Assembly: GCA_963843375.1 (NCBI GenBank)
Contig: CAWJKT010000014.1
Span: 160,001-224,000, forward strand
Source: an uncultured Pseudomonadota bacterium
Lineage (GTDB): Bacteria > Oederibacteriota > Muellerivitia > Muellerivitales > Muellerivitaceae
Direction of reading: 5' to 3'
DNA length: 64,000 nucleotides
The notes beneath the pieces were generated by a model. It did no database searches. It worked only from the letters and a program-made list of their open reading frames with translations, and had not been told where the DNA came from. The position numbers were made by a program, and so were the translations under genes. Positions within the stretch are counted from its first letter, which is position 1; each line of letters starts with the position of its first letter. Below are positions 28,562-39,358 of this stretch, piece after piece.

Positions 28562-29386
28562 ATGAAACGATCGAAATCCGGCTTTTTTATTTTTCTTTTC
28601 GCAGTCTTTGGTTTTGCGATTTGGTTGTCGGCTCCATTTCTCCTCCGGGCCGAAACCAGCAAATCGACGGCTGATTTTCTCAAGAAATTGAATGGTTATT
28701 ACTATTGTCTTTCACGGGAGGGAGTGAAAAATTATCACTGCGAATTAAGCTGTTCCTTGTCCGGGGACGTGAAAAAAAATCTGCAATCCATGGGGATTTA
28801 CGATGAGAAACTTTGGGAGGCCGTGAAAGGTTTCCGTTTTTCTGTGAATGACACCATTGGTCAACCCATATCGATAGTTGCGGCCCAACCGGCCCCAACA
28901 GGGGATGCGCAGTTGGACGGTCGGGTTGTCAAACTGGATGAAAATATTTTGGAAGTGGTAAAAGCCTTTTCTCAATTTTGGAAGGCGTTTGTGGTGGAAC
29001 CTTTGAACGACCCCTCGGATCTGGAGCAGGGGAACTTGAAATTCCAAAGGTTATCCGACGGGTTTCAGGTCAGTCAAGCGGATCCCTCGGGCGGTAACGT
29101 CGCCGTTACTTTTGATAAAAAAGGGAAAATGCTCCTATTCTCAATGGAAGGGAACGGGCCGAAGACTCTTGTCAAACCGGACTTTGTCTATTCTTCCAGG
29201 GGTTATGTGCTTCAAAGCATGGTTTTTACGGGGTCCGATGCGAGTCAGGAGTGCACGATTCAATATGGTATGGAGAATGGCCTATGGATGCCTAAGAATT
29301 TGACCTTCCAGGTCCAACTGCCGGGAATTCCAGGCACTAACATTGAACTCCTTTTTAATTTTATTAATTATCGAATCAATAATTAA
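28562..29386 (+). CDS. Hypothetical exported protein
   Basis: N-terminal signal peptide, 274-aa ORF. Confidence 0.7.
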   Translation: MKRSKSGFFIFLFAVFGFAIWLSAPFLLRAETSKSTADFLKKLNGYYYCLSREGVKNYHCELSCSLSGDVKKNLQSMGIYDEKLWEAVKGFRFSVNDTIGQPISIVAAQPAPTGDAQLDGRVVKLDENILEVVKAFSQFWKAFVVEPLNDPSDLEQGNLKFQRLSDGFQVSQADPSGGNVAVTFDKKGKMLLFSMEGNGPKTLVKPDFVYSSRGYVLQSMVFTGSDASQECTIQYGMENGLWMPKNLTFQVQLPGIPGTNIELLFNFINYRINN

Positions 29387-29622
29387 ATCGAATAAATAAA
29401 TTAAACGGGTAAAAAAGGGAAATCTGGATAAATTCGGCCCGTTTATTCGAGAAATAACGTATTTTTGGGCGAAAACAAAACGACAATTCAAGTTTGAATC
29501 GTTATTATGTTCCGAATGATTTTTGGCAAAATTTTGGGTTTTATTGGAACTAATTCAAGAAACTCTCCGTCTAAGGGTTGGGAGTTGTATGTCCCAAAAT
29601 AAAATTTTTTAGGAGTTTTAGA

Positions 29623-29826
29623 ATGAAGAAAGTTATTGCTGCTTTGATGACGATGTTGTTCTTGGGTAACGTCGGTTTGGTGTTGGCTCAGACGCCAGCC
29701 CCGGCCGCCGCCGCTGCCCCGGTCGCCACGCCAATGGCGAAGAAGCACAAAAAGAAGAAGAAAAAGGCCGCCGCTGTAGCCACTCCAGTCGCCGCCGACG
29801 CTTCTACCACGCCAATGGCAAAGTAA
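29623..29826 (+). CDS. Small secreted Ala/Pro/Lys-rich protein (Asr-like composition)
   Basis: AGGAG RBS, signal peptide ending VLA, TPMAK repeated twice, poly-Lys. Confidence 0.75.
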   Translation: MKKVIAALMTMLFLGNVGLVLAQTPAPAAAAAPVATPMAKKHKKKKKKAAAVATPVAADASTTPMAK

Positions 29827-29860
29827 GCTGGGCCTCTCTCCTTCTTGGGGAGAATGATTG

Positions 29861-29893
29861 AAGCCTCCGGATGAAAATCCGGGGGCTTTTTTT
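29861..29893 (+). terminator. Rho-independent terminator
   Basis: AAGCCTCCGGAT-GAAA-ATCCGGGGGCTT followed by a T-run. Confidence 0.8.
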
Positions 29894-29925
29894 ATGGATG
29901 AACTTCCTTGTGTTAAAATTTCCAA

Positions 29926-30510
29926 ATGTCAAACCACATCCGAACCGCCGTTTTTAATCATGCGCAAATCCAACAGGCGATTCAGGGAATGGCCGGGGAT
30001 ATATCCGCCTGGATCAAGGGAACGCCCGAAAAAGGTTTAAACTTGGTTTCCGTTCTGGAAGGAGCCCGGCCATTCACCCGTGATTTGACGGCTTGTCTCA
30101 ATGAACTAATACCCGAAATTGAAATTTTTATCCATGAAGTCCGGGTGAAAGGTACGGAAGGGACGAATCTTTTGAAACAGCGGCACTGGGTGGGAGGAGG
30201 ACTTGAATCCCGGACCATCGGAAATTATCCAACCCTTCTGGTCGATGACCTCGTGGATTCTGGATTGACGCTCAAAACCTTGAAAGACGAAATTGTGGCC
30301 TTGAGGGTCAAGGAAGTAAAAACCGCGGTTCTTATACGAAAATTCGGCGAAGCCAGTGGCCCGGTGGACTTTTGCGGGTTCGACTTGAACCTGGACCGAG
30401 AAACTTTGTCTCGAAAGGGATTGAAAGATTATTGGCTTTTCGGATATGGAATGGATTTGGATGGCAAACAAAGGGAATTGGATAGCATCGGATGGATGGA
30501 AATAAGTTAA
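29926..30510 (+). CDS. Hypoxanthine phosphoribosyltransferase-like PRTase
   Basis: PRPP loop LLVDDLVDSGLT, FGYGMD. Confidence 0.8.
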   Translation: MSNHIRTAVFNHAQIQQAIQGMAGDISAWIKGTPEKGLNLVSVLEGARPFTRDLTACLNELIPEIEIFIHEVRVKGTEGTNLLKQRHWVGGGLESRTIGNYPTLLVDDLVDSGLTLKTLKDEIVALRVKEVKTAVLIRKFGEASGPVDFCGFDLNLDRETLSRKGLKDYWLFGYGMDLDGKQRELDSIGWMEIS

Positions 30511-30620
30511 GGCGATATCCCCGTGGGTCGGTTCTCTATTGCCAAGCATTATTTTGTATGAATTTGGTCTAAGAAAATTGGCTAAAGGGTTAAAATCTTA
30601 AAATTATTTAGTCGTGGGAT

Positions 30621-31277
30621 ATGTCGGGTCGAACTTATTTAAGGAGATTCACAAATATTATGGACTTTATGAACAATATTTTTTTTACTCAAAAGAGAAA
30701 AAAAGACGCCCGATATTCCAGCGAATACCAAAAATATAAAAAAGCGATTCCGCTCAATTCCCATGATCACGCTTTAAGGTCCCAGTTCGTCAAGTTTTGC
30801 CTAGTGAGCCATTTCGCCCTGGAAGGCGTTCCGAAGGCCCATTTATCGGAAGCCTTGGCCCTCTATAAGGAAATCGCCAAGTCCGATTATTTCGATCCCC
30901 AGGTTTATTATCTGATCGGGCGGTATTATCAGGACAAGGATGACCTCAAGGCCCAAACGGTTTACTTGGCGGGGGTTCGGCATTTCAATCGTTACGTCGA
31001 GAAGAATCCGGGTCTCAAATCAGATTACGTGGAATTGGCTTATGCCCTCGCCCTCAATTTCCTGACCCACCAATACGGCCAAATTCACCCGGATTTGGAA
31101 AAGTTCTTTAAAATTATTCGGAAATCCTATCCCCTGCACAATAAACGGATTGAATTGGAGAACGAACTGAGGAAGACCTCCCCCAACCAGGTCCATATCA
31201 AGCAATTGGCCCAGGAACTTCGGGAGCTCAAAGCCATTGTAGAAAAACCCCGCCAAAAGTCCGATCTGCAAGAGTAG
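30621..31277 (+). CDS. Hypothetical helical (TPR-like) protein
   Basis: EALALYKE...PQVYYLIGRYY...AQTVY pattern; start may be 30660. Confidence 0.6.
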   Translation: MSGRTYLRRFTNIMDFMNNIFFTQKRKKDARYSSEYQKYKKAIPLNSHDHALRSQFVKFCLVSHFALEGVPKAHLSEALALYKEIAKSDYFDPQVYYLIGRYYQDKDDLKAQTVYLAGVRHFNRYVEKNPGLKSDYVELAYALALNFLTHQYGQIHPDLEKFFKIIRKSYPLHNKRIELENELRKTSPNQVHIKQLAQELRELKAIVEKPRQKSDLQE

Positions 31278-31354
31278 AAATCGGACTTCTTGAACCGATT
31301 ATAAAAGATGTCTTTTCAGAGATTGACGGTTTTTCGGTCTCTAATAGACTCGGA

Positions 31355-31807
31355 TTGCATTTTTGGGGTGGAGATCATTTGAATAAAGAAAATTTTAATA
31401 TTGAAAAAGTCCGGGGCAATTCCAAAGCATTCAAAAAACGTCTCGGGAAACGGCTCAAAGAATATACGGAAGCCAAGGGCGGACCTTTTCGACAAAAAGA
31501 AATCGCGTTTGTCGTGACCACGAAAAATGGAAAGTGGGTCGGGGGCTTGTTCGGCTTGACCTATTGGAATGCCTTGTTTATCGACTTGTTATGGGTGGAA
31601 GGGAAATACAGGGGTCGTGGCCTGGGATTGCAATTGATGGATCAAGCGGAGAATGAAGCCCGTCAAAGGGGATGCGCTTTTGCCCATGTTAACAGCCACA
31701 GTCTCCAGGCCCCAGGGTTTTACCGGAAGTTGGGTTATAAAGTTTTTGGAAAACTAACGGGTTTTCCCAAAGGCCAAATGGCTTATTCTTTTTGTAAAAA
31801 ACTTTAA
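31355..31807 (+). CDS. GNAT acetyltransferase
   Basis: IDLLWV...YRGRGLG, QAPGFYRKLGY. Confidence 0.88.
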   Translation: MHFWGGDHLNKENFNIEKVRGNSKAFKKRLGKRLKEYTEAKGGPFRQKEIAFVVTTKNGKWVGGLFGLTYWNALFIDLLWVEGKYRGRGLGLQLMDQAENEARQRGCAFAHVNSHSLQAPGFYRKLGYKVFGKLTGFPKGQMAYSFCKKL

Positions 31808-31853
31808 TGATCAAGTTGCCGGTTAACGTGGCTAGGACTTTGGATAACGAAAA

Positions 31854-32860
31854 TCAGGAAAGATATTTTTTTACCAGTCGGTTAAGAACCGGGGCAAGTT
31901 CACCCCGGATGCGGGCATTGGCATAGCCTACCCAGTCCAATCCTGTGGTTGTGTCCATCGGCCCATCCAATGGGTGGCCCAAAGCGTCGGTTAAAATGAT
32001 TCCGGCTTCTGAGCCCACTAGAGAAGCGGCCAAATCATAAGGATGGCATACATGACCCGTCCTTTTTCCCTCCCGATGGAATTTGGAATAAAGACTTTGG
32101 CGAAGGTCGGCGGTGAAACGGTCCTTGCCCATCAAGAGCTCGTAAAGCTGCCCGCCAGTGCTGAGGTATTGGTCGTCGAAAGCGGCGATCTCCCCGTCCT
32201 TCAAGTTTGGGAAAAGCTCTTTCACCATCTCCTCTTCCATGACCGACAGGAGATCCTTGCCCGGATGGACGAAACGGACGATCTGGCCAAATCCCCCCCT
32301 CAAAGTAGGCTCCTGGGTGGGGGAGGGCTTCAAGTTTTTCCGAGAGCCGTCTAATAGATTGCGGGTAAAGCCCTGGGTCATTTCCCCTTTCACGGCCCAA
32401 AGGGCGTCGCTTAAAAAGGCCCGGTCGGTGGGGATTTCAACCATCACGGCCGACCGGATCGCTAAAAGCCGCGTGGAAGGACCCTGGTTGGGGGCGGCTC
32501 CGGCAAGGAAAAAAGCCGAACGCTTTCCCACCATGAGTTCCCGGGTGCCGTCAATGGGATCCACTATCAAGCGCCAAGCGGCTTTGGCTTCGGACATTCC
32601 TTCAGGAAAGACATTTACTTTATCTTCGTTCATGCCTTCGGCGACCAGCACAATCCCGCCCAATCCACCGCCTCTTTTTCAAGGAATTTCCGGATGGTTT
32701 CTTCAGCCTCCAGGTCGATTTGATAGATGACGTCGGAAGCCGCCTTACCGTGAATTTTAGACCTGTCCTCCATAGGCCTGGAAGCCAGGGCTTTTCGGAC
32801 ATCATCCCTAAGCTTTTCGCCCAGTTGGAGGAGGGGATCAATAAGCGCGGAAGGGTTCAT
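31854..32860 (-). CDS. Inositol monophosphatase/FIG-family protein, one frameshift near 32660
   Basis: DVIYQID, VAEG, IVDPIDGTRE, HPYDLA; two frames are joined by one G missing from a G-run. Confidence 0.8.
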
Positions 32861-32934
32861 GGATATCCTTCAAAAAAACTCCCGCCGCCAGGCCTCTTTG
32901 CCGCGGTGGGAATGGTTTGGCGGCGAAACGGACT

Positions 32935-33946
32935 CTATTTACGATTTTTAGTCGCCTTTACTCCGAACCATTTCTGGTGCCAGGCCCAGGCAGTCTTGAG
33001 GACGTTATTTAAGTCCGAATGTTGAGGGGTCCATTTCAAGATTTCGGCGGCCTTGCGGTTGTCGGCCACCAATTGGGGCGGATCGCCCTCGCGGCGGGGC
33101 CCGGTCTTCAATGGGATTTTCTGGCCCGTCACTTTTTCGGTTTCGTTAATAACTTCTTTCACCGAATAGCCGTGTCCCGTCCCCAGGTTGAAGAAATCAC
33201 TCTTGTCACGATTCATCATCAACCTTAGGGCGAGGAAAGTGGGCTTCGGCCAAATCGCTTACGTGGATATAGTCCCGAATGCAGGTTCCGTCGGGCGTGG
33301 GATAGTCCTCGCCGAAAACCGTAATGTGGGGCCTGCGTCCCATGGCCGCGTCCAACACCAGGGGGATCAAGTGGGTCTCGGGATCATGCACTTCGCCTAC
33401 TCGCCCCTGGGCGTCGGCTCCGGCGGCATTGAAATAGCGCAGGAATGTGGAACGGAAACCATAAGCCCGGTCGTACCAGGAAAGTATTTTTTCCAACATC
33501 AGCTTGGAATCGCCATAGGGGTTCACGGGGTTTTGGGGGTGGTTTTCGGACATGGGAACTTTTACCGGGTCGCCGTAGGTGGCGCAGGTGGAAGAGAGGA
33601 TGAAATATTTCACCTTGGCTTCCCGCATCACGTCCCAAAGTTGAAGGGCGTTGGTCAGGTTATCCCGATAGTACTTGGCGGGGTCGGTGACCGATTCCCC
33701 CACGTAACAATGGGACGCGAAGTGCATGACGGCGGCGGGTTTGAACTTCTTAAAGGCCCGGCGCAGGGCCGCCATATCCGATAACTCCCCCTTTACTAGG
33801 GTGCCTTCTTTCACGGCCCATTTGTGTCCTTTGGAAAGGTTGTCATAGGCGACGGGCGTGAAGCCATGGGATGGAGCCCCCAACATGGCGTGACTTCCGA
33901 TGTAGCCGGCCCCGCCGGTGATAAGAATAACTGGTTTTTTAGCCAA
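32935..33946 (-). CDS. galE: UDP-glucose 4-epimerase, one frameshift near 33237
   Basis: TGGAGYIGSH, YGDSK, RYFNAAGA, DGTCIRDYIHV; FNLGTG and RREGDP in the next frame. Confidence 0.92.
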
Positions 33947-34025
33947 GGTCGCCTCCCTTATGGAATTGGAACCCTTTTTACCATGAAGGACGAAAGAGAA
34001 CGAGCTAAAAGGGACTCCTAAGCCG

Positions 34026-36342
34026 TTAACTTTCCCTAATGGAGAATTTTACCTTGGGCGCGGCGCCTTTTATTAATTCCCAATCGGTACCCCGTTTGGC
34101 GACAACCAGCTCCCGAAGCATTTTGTCCCCGGGAAGCGCCACAAGGCCCTGCGACTCAACCGCCGAACCGAAAACTCTCAATTCCATTTTGGACCAATCC
34201 ATATCTTGGGTGGATTGGGAAAGGGCCAAATGGGGAATGACGGCGCCGTTTTTCACCAAAATCACGCAAGGAACCGCCCCCGCCTTGATCTTGTGCCATT
34301 TGCCCCCATGGTAATTAGCTTTGCTTTGGTAATCCACCCAAAGTCCGGGGGGCAAATAAACGTCCCTTTCATTGGTTTGCTCGAAAAGAGGAGCCACCAG
34401 GATGTCCGAACCGAAGAGATATTCGTCCTCAATCAGCCAGGAAGTGAGATCTTCGGGGTATTCGAAAAAGAGGGTCCGGAGCATGGGGAAGCCCTTCTTG
34501 GAGCTTCTCAACCGCCTGGGCGTAAACATAGGGCATGAGTTTGTATTTCATTTCCACGGACAGGCGAAACTCATCCTCGAAGGGCTTGCCGTAGACCCAT
34601 GGTTCCCGGGGCGGCACACCGTGACAACGGCTGTGGGAAGTGAGCATTCCAAAAGGAGTCCAACGGCGGTAAAGTTCCTTTTCCGCCGGGTGTACGAAAC
34701 CCCCGATATCGTGGCTCCAGAAGGAAAAACCGCAAAGGCCAAGCGAAAGACCGCCCCTTAAAGAAGAGGCCATTCCACCGAAGGAATCCTCGGCATCTCC
34801 CCCCCAATGAAGAGGATAACGCTGGCTTCCCGCCCAGGCGCTTCTCGCCCAGATAATGTTCTCGCCGGTCACTTGCTTGGTGATGTCCGCGGCGGCCTTG
34901 TTGTAACGAAGGGGATAATAATTGTGCTCCGCGAAACCCGTCTTGCCGGAATGGTAAACGCCCTTCAAGGGGGCCGCCTCGCCAAAGTCCACCTTGATGG
35001 CGCCCACGCCCATTTTTAAAAGACCAGCCAGCTTGCCCTGGTACCACCTGACCGTTTGGGGATTGCTGAAATCCAGCGTGGCGTCCTCGGTGGGCAGGTT
35101 TCCCTTGCCGTCGGTCACGGCCAATTTCTTTTCGAGGATTTCCTTGAACAGACGGTTCTTGGGATTGAAGTAGGATAATTGCCATAGGCTGATCTTGAAG
35201 CCCTGTTTGGCCAGGTCCTTGATCATCTTGAGCGGGTTCTTGAAGCGGCTGGTTGAGAATTTATAATCACAGCGCCAGTCTTCCTCGAACCAGCCCGTGT
35301 CCAAATGGATGATGTCCGAGGGGATTCTGTGGTCCCGCAACTTCTTCGCCACATCCCGGACTTCCTTTTCGGATTTGTAGGTGCAGCGACTCATCCAAAG
35401 CCCGAAAGACCAGAGCGGCGGGACGGGGCTTCGCCCCGTAAGGGCCGTGTACTCGGAAAGAACTTCCTTGGGCTCGCCTAGAAAAACAAAGAGATCCAGG
35501 TCTTCATCTCCTGTAAAAAGAGTGGTGGTTTCGCTGTAAGAATGGCCGAAATCAAATGTTGTCGGGTTGGTGGTGTGCAGGAACATGCCGTAACCCCGGC
35601 TGCTCATGAAGAAGGGGACGGGCTTGTACATGCCATCGTGCTGGACACCATGGCAGTCATAGGTCCAAAGGACCACCTTCTGGCCCCGTTTGTTGAGTTT
35701 GGTGAAGGACTCACCACATCCATAGATTTTTTCGTCATTGGCCAGGCTGAAAGTGGCCGCGAATTGGCGGGCATACTCGGGGGTGGGGCGCTGAAAACAA
35801 AAGGGCAGGGGGTCAGTGTTGCGAAGACTGCGGTTGTCCTTCAAATGGACGGTTTTGGTCAGGAGCTTGCCTGAGGCGTCGCGGATTTCAATTGCCCAGG
35901 GATTCTCGACCACCGTGACTGATCCCGCTTTTCCTTTATAGGTGATCCGGCCTTTGGCCTTAGTGACTTTCCAGGGGTTGGTGGCTTTGGGATCGCCATT
36001 GAGCATGAGGGAAGTTTGTTTGGTTTTGAGGTAGTCGCGGCCCTTGAATCTGAGGCGAAGGGTACGATCGCCGTAAAAAGAAATCGAGAAGGGATAGGGT
36101 TCCTTCTCGCTTCCATATTCAGCCGGGAATTCCCAAGGTGGATTGGTGATAAGGTTGATGCCCTCCTGGTTGAAGGCCATGCGCACCTTGTAGGCGTAGC
36201 GGCCCCAGAGGATATCGCCGGAGGCCTTGGCGATGTCGAACCGGTTGAGCTTCTCGGGAAGAAAAATCGTGTTTTCCAGATTCGAGAAATTCCGGCTGAC
36301 ATCCACCGGGTGGTTCAGAAGGTTGTAGGGATGCTCTTTCAT
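34026..36342 (-). CDS. GH31 alpha-xylosidase (YicI-like, cytoplasmic), one frameshift near 34505
   Basis: YGCGESF, HLDTGWF, IKVDFGE, HWGGD, WSHDIGGF; C-terminus (EYLFGSDILVAP) in the adjacent frame; no signal peptide. Confidence 0.9.
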
Positions 36343-36367
36343 TTGAACTCCTTTATATAGCTGCGTT

Positions 36368-39121
36368 TTATTGTGGCACGGAACTAATTGTGACTGCGGC
36401 ACTTTTTAAGTTGGGTGATGTCGCGGTTAAAGTAATATCCCCTGTTTTTCCATCCTCCGTTTGAAGGATGGCCATGCAAAGACCGTTAAAAGCTTTTCGG
36501 GCGCCGGCTTTGTCCGGCTCATGGCTGGAGGGGTCTCCGTTGGCTACACCCGCGATGTGGCCGGCTCCCGTTACCGTAAAGGCCACCGGATTATCGGCCG
36601 TAGGAACCACCCGGCCCTGATCATCCAGAATCTCCACCGTAATGGGGGTGGCGTCCTCCCCATCGGCCACAAGTTTACCGTTGTAGGGCGTCAGGCGGAT
36701 AGAGGCTGGTTCACCTGTGGTTTCCACTTTGGTTTCGGTCATATAAACACCCTTCTTGTAGGCCTTGGCGGTCAGGACACCCGGCTCGTACCAGACCTTC
36801 CACTCCAAATGGCCGTTCTTCGGGGTTTCCTGTTTTCCCTGAGATTTTCCATTCAAGAATAGTTCCACCAAGTCATAGTTGGTGTGGCACCAGACGTCGA
36901 CTTGTTTTCCTTCCTTGCCCTTCCAGTTCCAATGGGGGAAAAGATGTAGAACCGGTTTGTCGCTCCACCAGGCCTGGTAATAATAGAAATTGTCCTTGGG
37001 GAAACCGCACATGTCGAGGATGCCAAAGTGTGAATTAATACAGGGCCAGGCATAGGGGGTGGGTTCACCTCGATAATCAAATCCCGTCCAAACAAAACCG
37101 CCCGCCATCCAGGGCCGCTCGGCGATGGGCCGCCAGGCGGCTTCGGCGGTATAGGCCCATTCAGTGTGGTTCACGTCATAGGCGCTCACGTAGCCCAGGG
37201 TCCTGTCAGTCTCATATATACCTCGCGTTGAGACGGTGCTGGCCGTTTCACTGCCATAAAGGGGCACTTTGGGATGTTTGGCGTGATAAAGATCGTACAT
37301 GTCAATGGCATAGTTGAAACCTTGTAAGTCCACTATGTCGGACAAGCCGCCCGGGCCCCAGCCGTAATTCATGGCGCAGGATACCAAACGGGTTTTGTCG
37401 AGGCTAAGGATTTTGTTTTTCATGGCCAACCCACGCGCTTTTCCCTGAGCCTTTCCTTGAACGGATTCCTCGTTACAGATCGACCAAAGAAAGACGCTCG
37501 GATGGTTACGGTCCCTAAGAACCATGCTTTCTAATTGATTGAGGATTTCTTCCGAATCCCCCAGGCGGCGGTTTTCGTCCATTACCAGGATTCCTAAACG
37601 ATCGCAGGCGTCCAATAACTCGGGGGCCGGAGGATTGTGAGAACAACGGTAGGCGTTGGAACCCATTTCCTTCAGCTTTTCCAGGCGATAAGTAAAGAGA
37701 CGGTCGGGAATGGCTATCCCTATCCCGGCGAAATCCTGGTGGTTGCAGGTGCCCTTGATCTTGACGGGCTTGTCGTTGAGAAAAAATCCCTTGTTGGCAT
37801 CGAATCGGAAGGAACGAACGCCGAAGGAAGTTTCCACTTGATCCACCGGTTTTTTGCCTTGTTCGACCAGGGTCACCCAGCGGTACAAATAGGGGTTTTC
37901 CAACGACCACCGATTGGCCTTGGGAATATGCCCCCTTTGGGTAATGGTTTTGGTGTTCCCTTTGGCCAGGTTGACCGGGGTGGAAAGTTTCAGGACGGTC
38001 TTGCCCCTGGCGTCCTTGATTTCCGAAACCAACTTGAAGGAGGCGAAGGAATCCGATTTGTTTTCCAGGGTTGTTTGAAGCGCAAGATTCGCGGAATTGC
38101 CCTGGGGTTTGGCCGTCACATAGGTTCCCCAGGGCGCCACATGCAGGGGTTCGGCAATATTCAACCAAACATGGCGGTAAATCCCTCCGCCTTCGTACCA
38201 CCAGCCTTCCGAATTGCGGGCATCCACGTGGACTGTCAAAATGTTCTTGCCGCCAATAATTGCCGCATCCTTGATGTCGTAGCGAAAACTGGTGTACCCG
38301 CTCAAGTGGCGGCCCAAAGGCTTTCCGTTCAGCCAAACCCGGCTGTCGCGATAGATTCCATCAAAGTCGATCCAGAGGCTTTTTCCCTTGGCCTTGGCGG
38401 GAATTTCGAAAGTCTTGCGGTACCATCCCGTGTTTGTCGGAAGAAAACCATGGGAGGCGTCGCCCTTGGGATCGAAGGTTCCCTCCACCACAAAATCATG
38501 GGGCAGATGCACGGCGGCCCAATCTTTATCAGCGGTTTCGTCCAACACCACCGGCGGAACCTTTTCCTCCTGGCCGAGGGTTAATAGATATGTTTCCTTT
38601 ATGTTGCCGCCCGCATAGGTGTTTTCCACGAGAACCGCCAATTGGTTGGGGCCGCCATCCTTCCAGACGGAATCGAGGTTGATATCGAATGAATCGTTCC
38701 AGCCTTCGTGGTAAAGCATCTTGTGGCCGTTCACATAGACCGTTCCGTTATCGTCCACTCCGGAGAAATGAAGGATCCGGTGGGGACCGGGAACATTTGG
38801 AAGGTCGGTCCGGTACCAGGCGAAACCGGGACTTTGGTTAAAGACATCCTGGCCGTTGGCCGCTGTTTTCCATTGCGAACCCGTCGTATTCACGTTGAGC
38901 CCTGCGGGGATCTCATCGGTGGGTTTTGTTTTCGTCGGGCCCAGATAGCGCCAGGAGGGGATCAGGTAGCCGTTGTCCACTTCCGAACCCGCAATGGGAC
39001 CCAAATGGAAACGCCAGTCGGCGTCCAGGCTCAAACGTTGGCGGCCTGAAATTTCGGCGGCTTTCATATTCATCGGGAGAACCAGCGCCAGCGACAGAAG
39101 CAGGACTTTTTTAAAAGGCAT
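36368..39121 (-). CDS. GH2 beta-galactosidase, exported
   Basis: GGAGG RBS + signal peptide; WWYEGGGIYR, GTCNHQD, RCSHNP, RDRNHPSV..WSICNE, YGSE, WTGFDYRGE. Confidence 0.93.
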   Translation of the reverse strand: MPFKKVLLLSLALVLPMNMKAAEISGRQRLSLDADWRFHLGPIAGSEVDNGYLIPSWRYLGPTKTKPTDEIPAGLNVNTTGSQWKTAANGQDVFNQSPGFAWYRTDLPNVPGPHRILHFSGVDDNGTVYVNGHKMLYHEGWNDSFDINLDSVWKDGGPNQLAVLVENTYAGGNIKETYLLTLGQEEKVPPVVLDETADKDWAAVHLPHDFVVEGTFDPKGDASHGFLPTNTGWYRKTFEIPAKAKGKSLWIDFDGIYRDSRVWLNGKPLGRHLSGYTSFRYDIKDAAIIGGKNILTVHVDARNSEGWWYEGGGIYRHVWLNIAEPLHVAPWGTYVTAKPQGNSANLALQTTLENKSDSFASFKLVSEIKDARGKTVLKLSTPVNLAKGNTKTITQRGHIPKANRWSLENPYLYRWVTLVEQGKKPVDQVETSFGVRSFRFDANKGFFLNDKPVKIKGTCNHQDFAGIGIAIPDRLFTYRLEKLKEMGSNAYRCSHNPPAPELLDACDRLGILVMDENRRLGDSEEILNQLESMVLRDRNHPSVFLWSICNEESVQGKAQGKARGLAMKNKILSLDKTRLVSCAMNYGWGPGGLSDIVDLQGFNYAIDMYDLYHAKHPKVPLYGSETASTVSTRGIYETDRTLGYVSAYDVNHTEWAYTAEAAWRPIAERPWMAGGFVWTGFDYRGEPTPYAWPCINSHFGILDMCGFPKDNFYYYQAWWSDKPVLHLFPHWNWKGKEGKQVDVWCHTNYDLVELFLNGKSQGKQETPKNGHLEWKVWYEPGVLTAKAYKKGVYMTETKVETTGEPASIRLTPYNGKLVADGEDATPITVEILDDQGRVVPTADNPVAFTVTGAGHIAGVANGDPSSHEPDKAGARKAFNGLCMAILQTEDGKTGDITLTATSPNLKSAAVTISSVPQ

Positions 39122-39358
39122 AGGACCTCCGGATTGGGCTGGGAACTCTCGAGAAAGCGATCCTTGTTTGGCATGAGTAGGGATTATGCCATTTTCTTTT
39201 GGGGCTTCAATGGAAAGCGACATTTTAAGGGTTGTGTTTAAATGGAACTAGCTGAAAAAAGTTACACGCTTTCCCGGCAGAGATTGGCCATCAGATAAGT
39301 AGAAAAGGCTTCTGTTCTTGGCTATGCTTTGCTGGCTCAAATGAAAGAGGAGGGAAGC

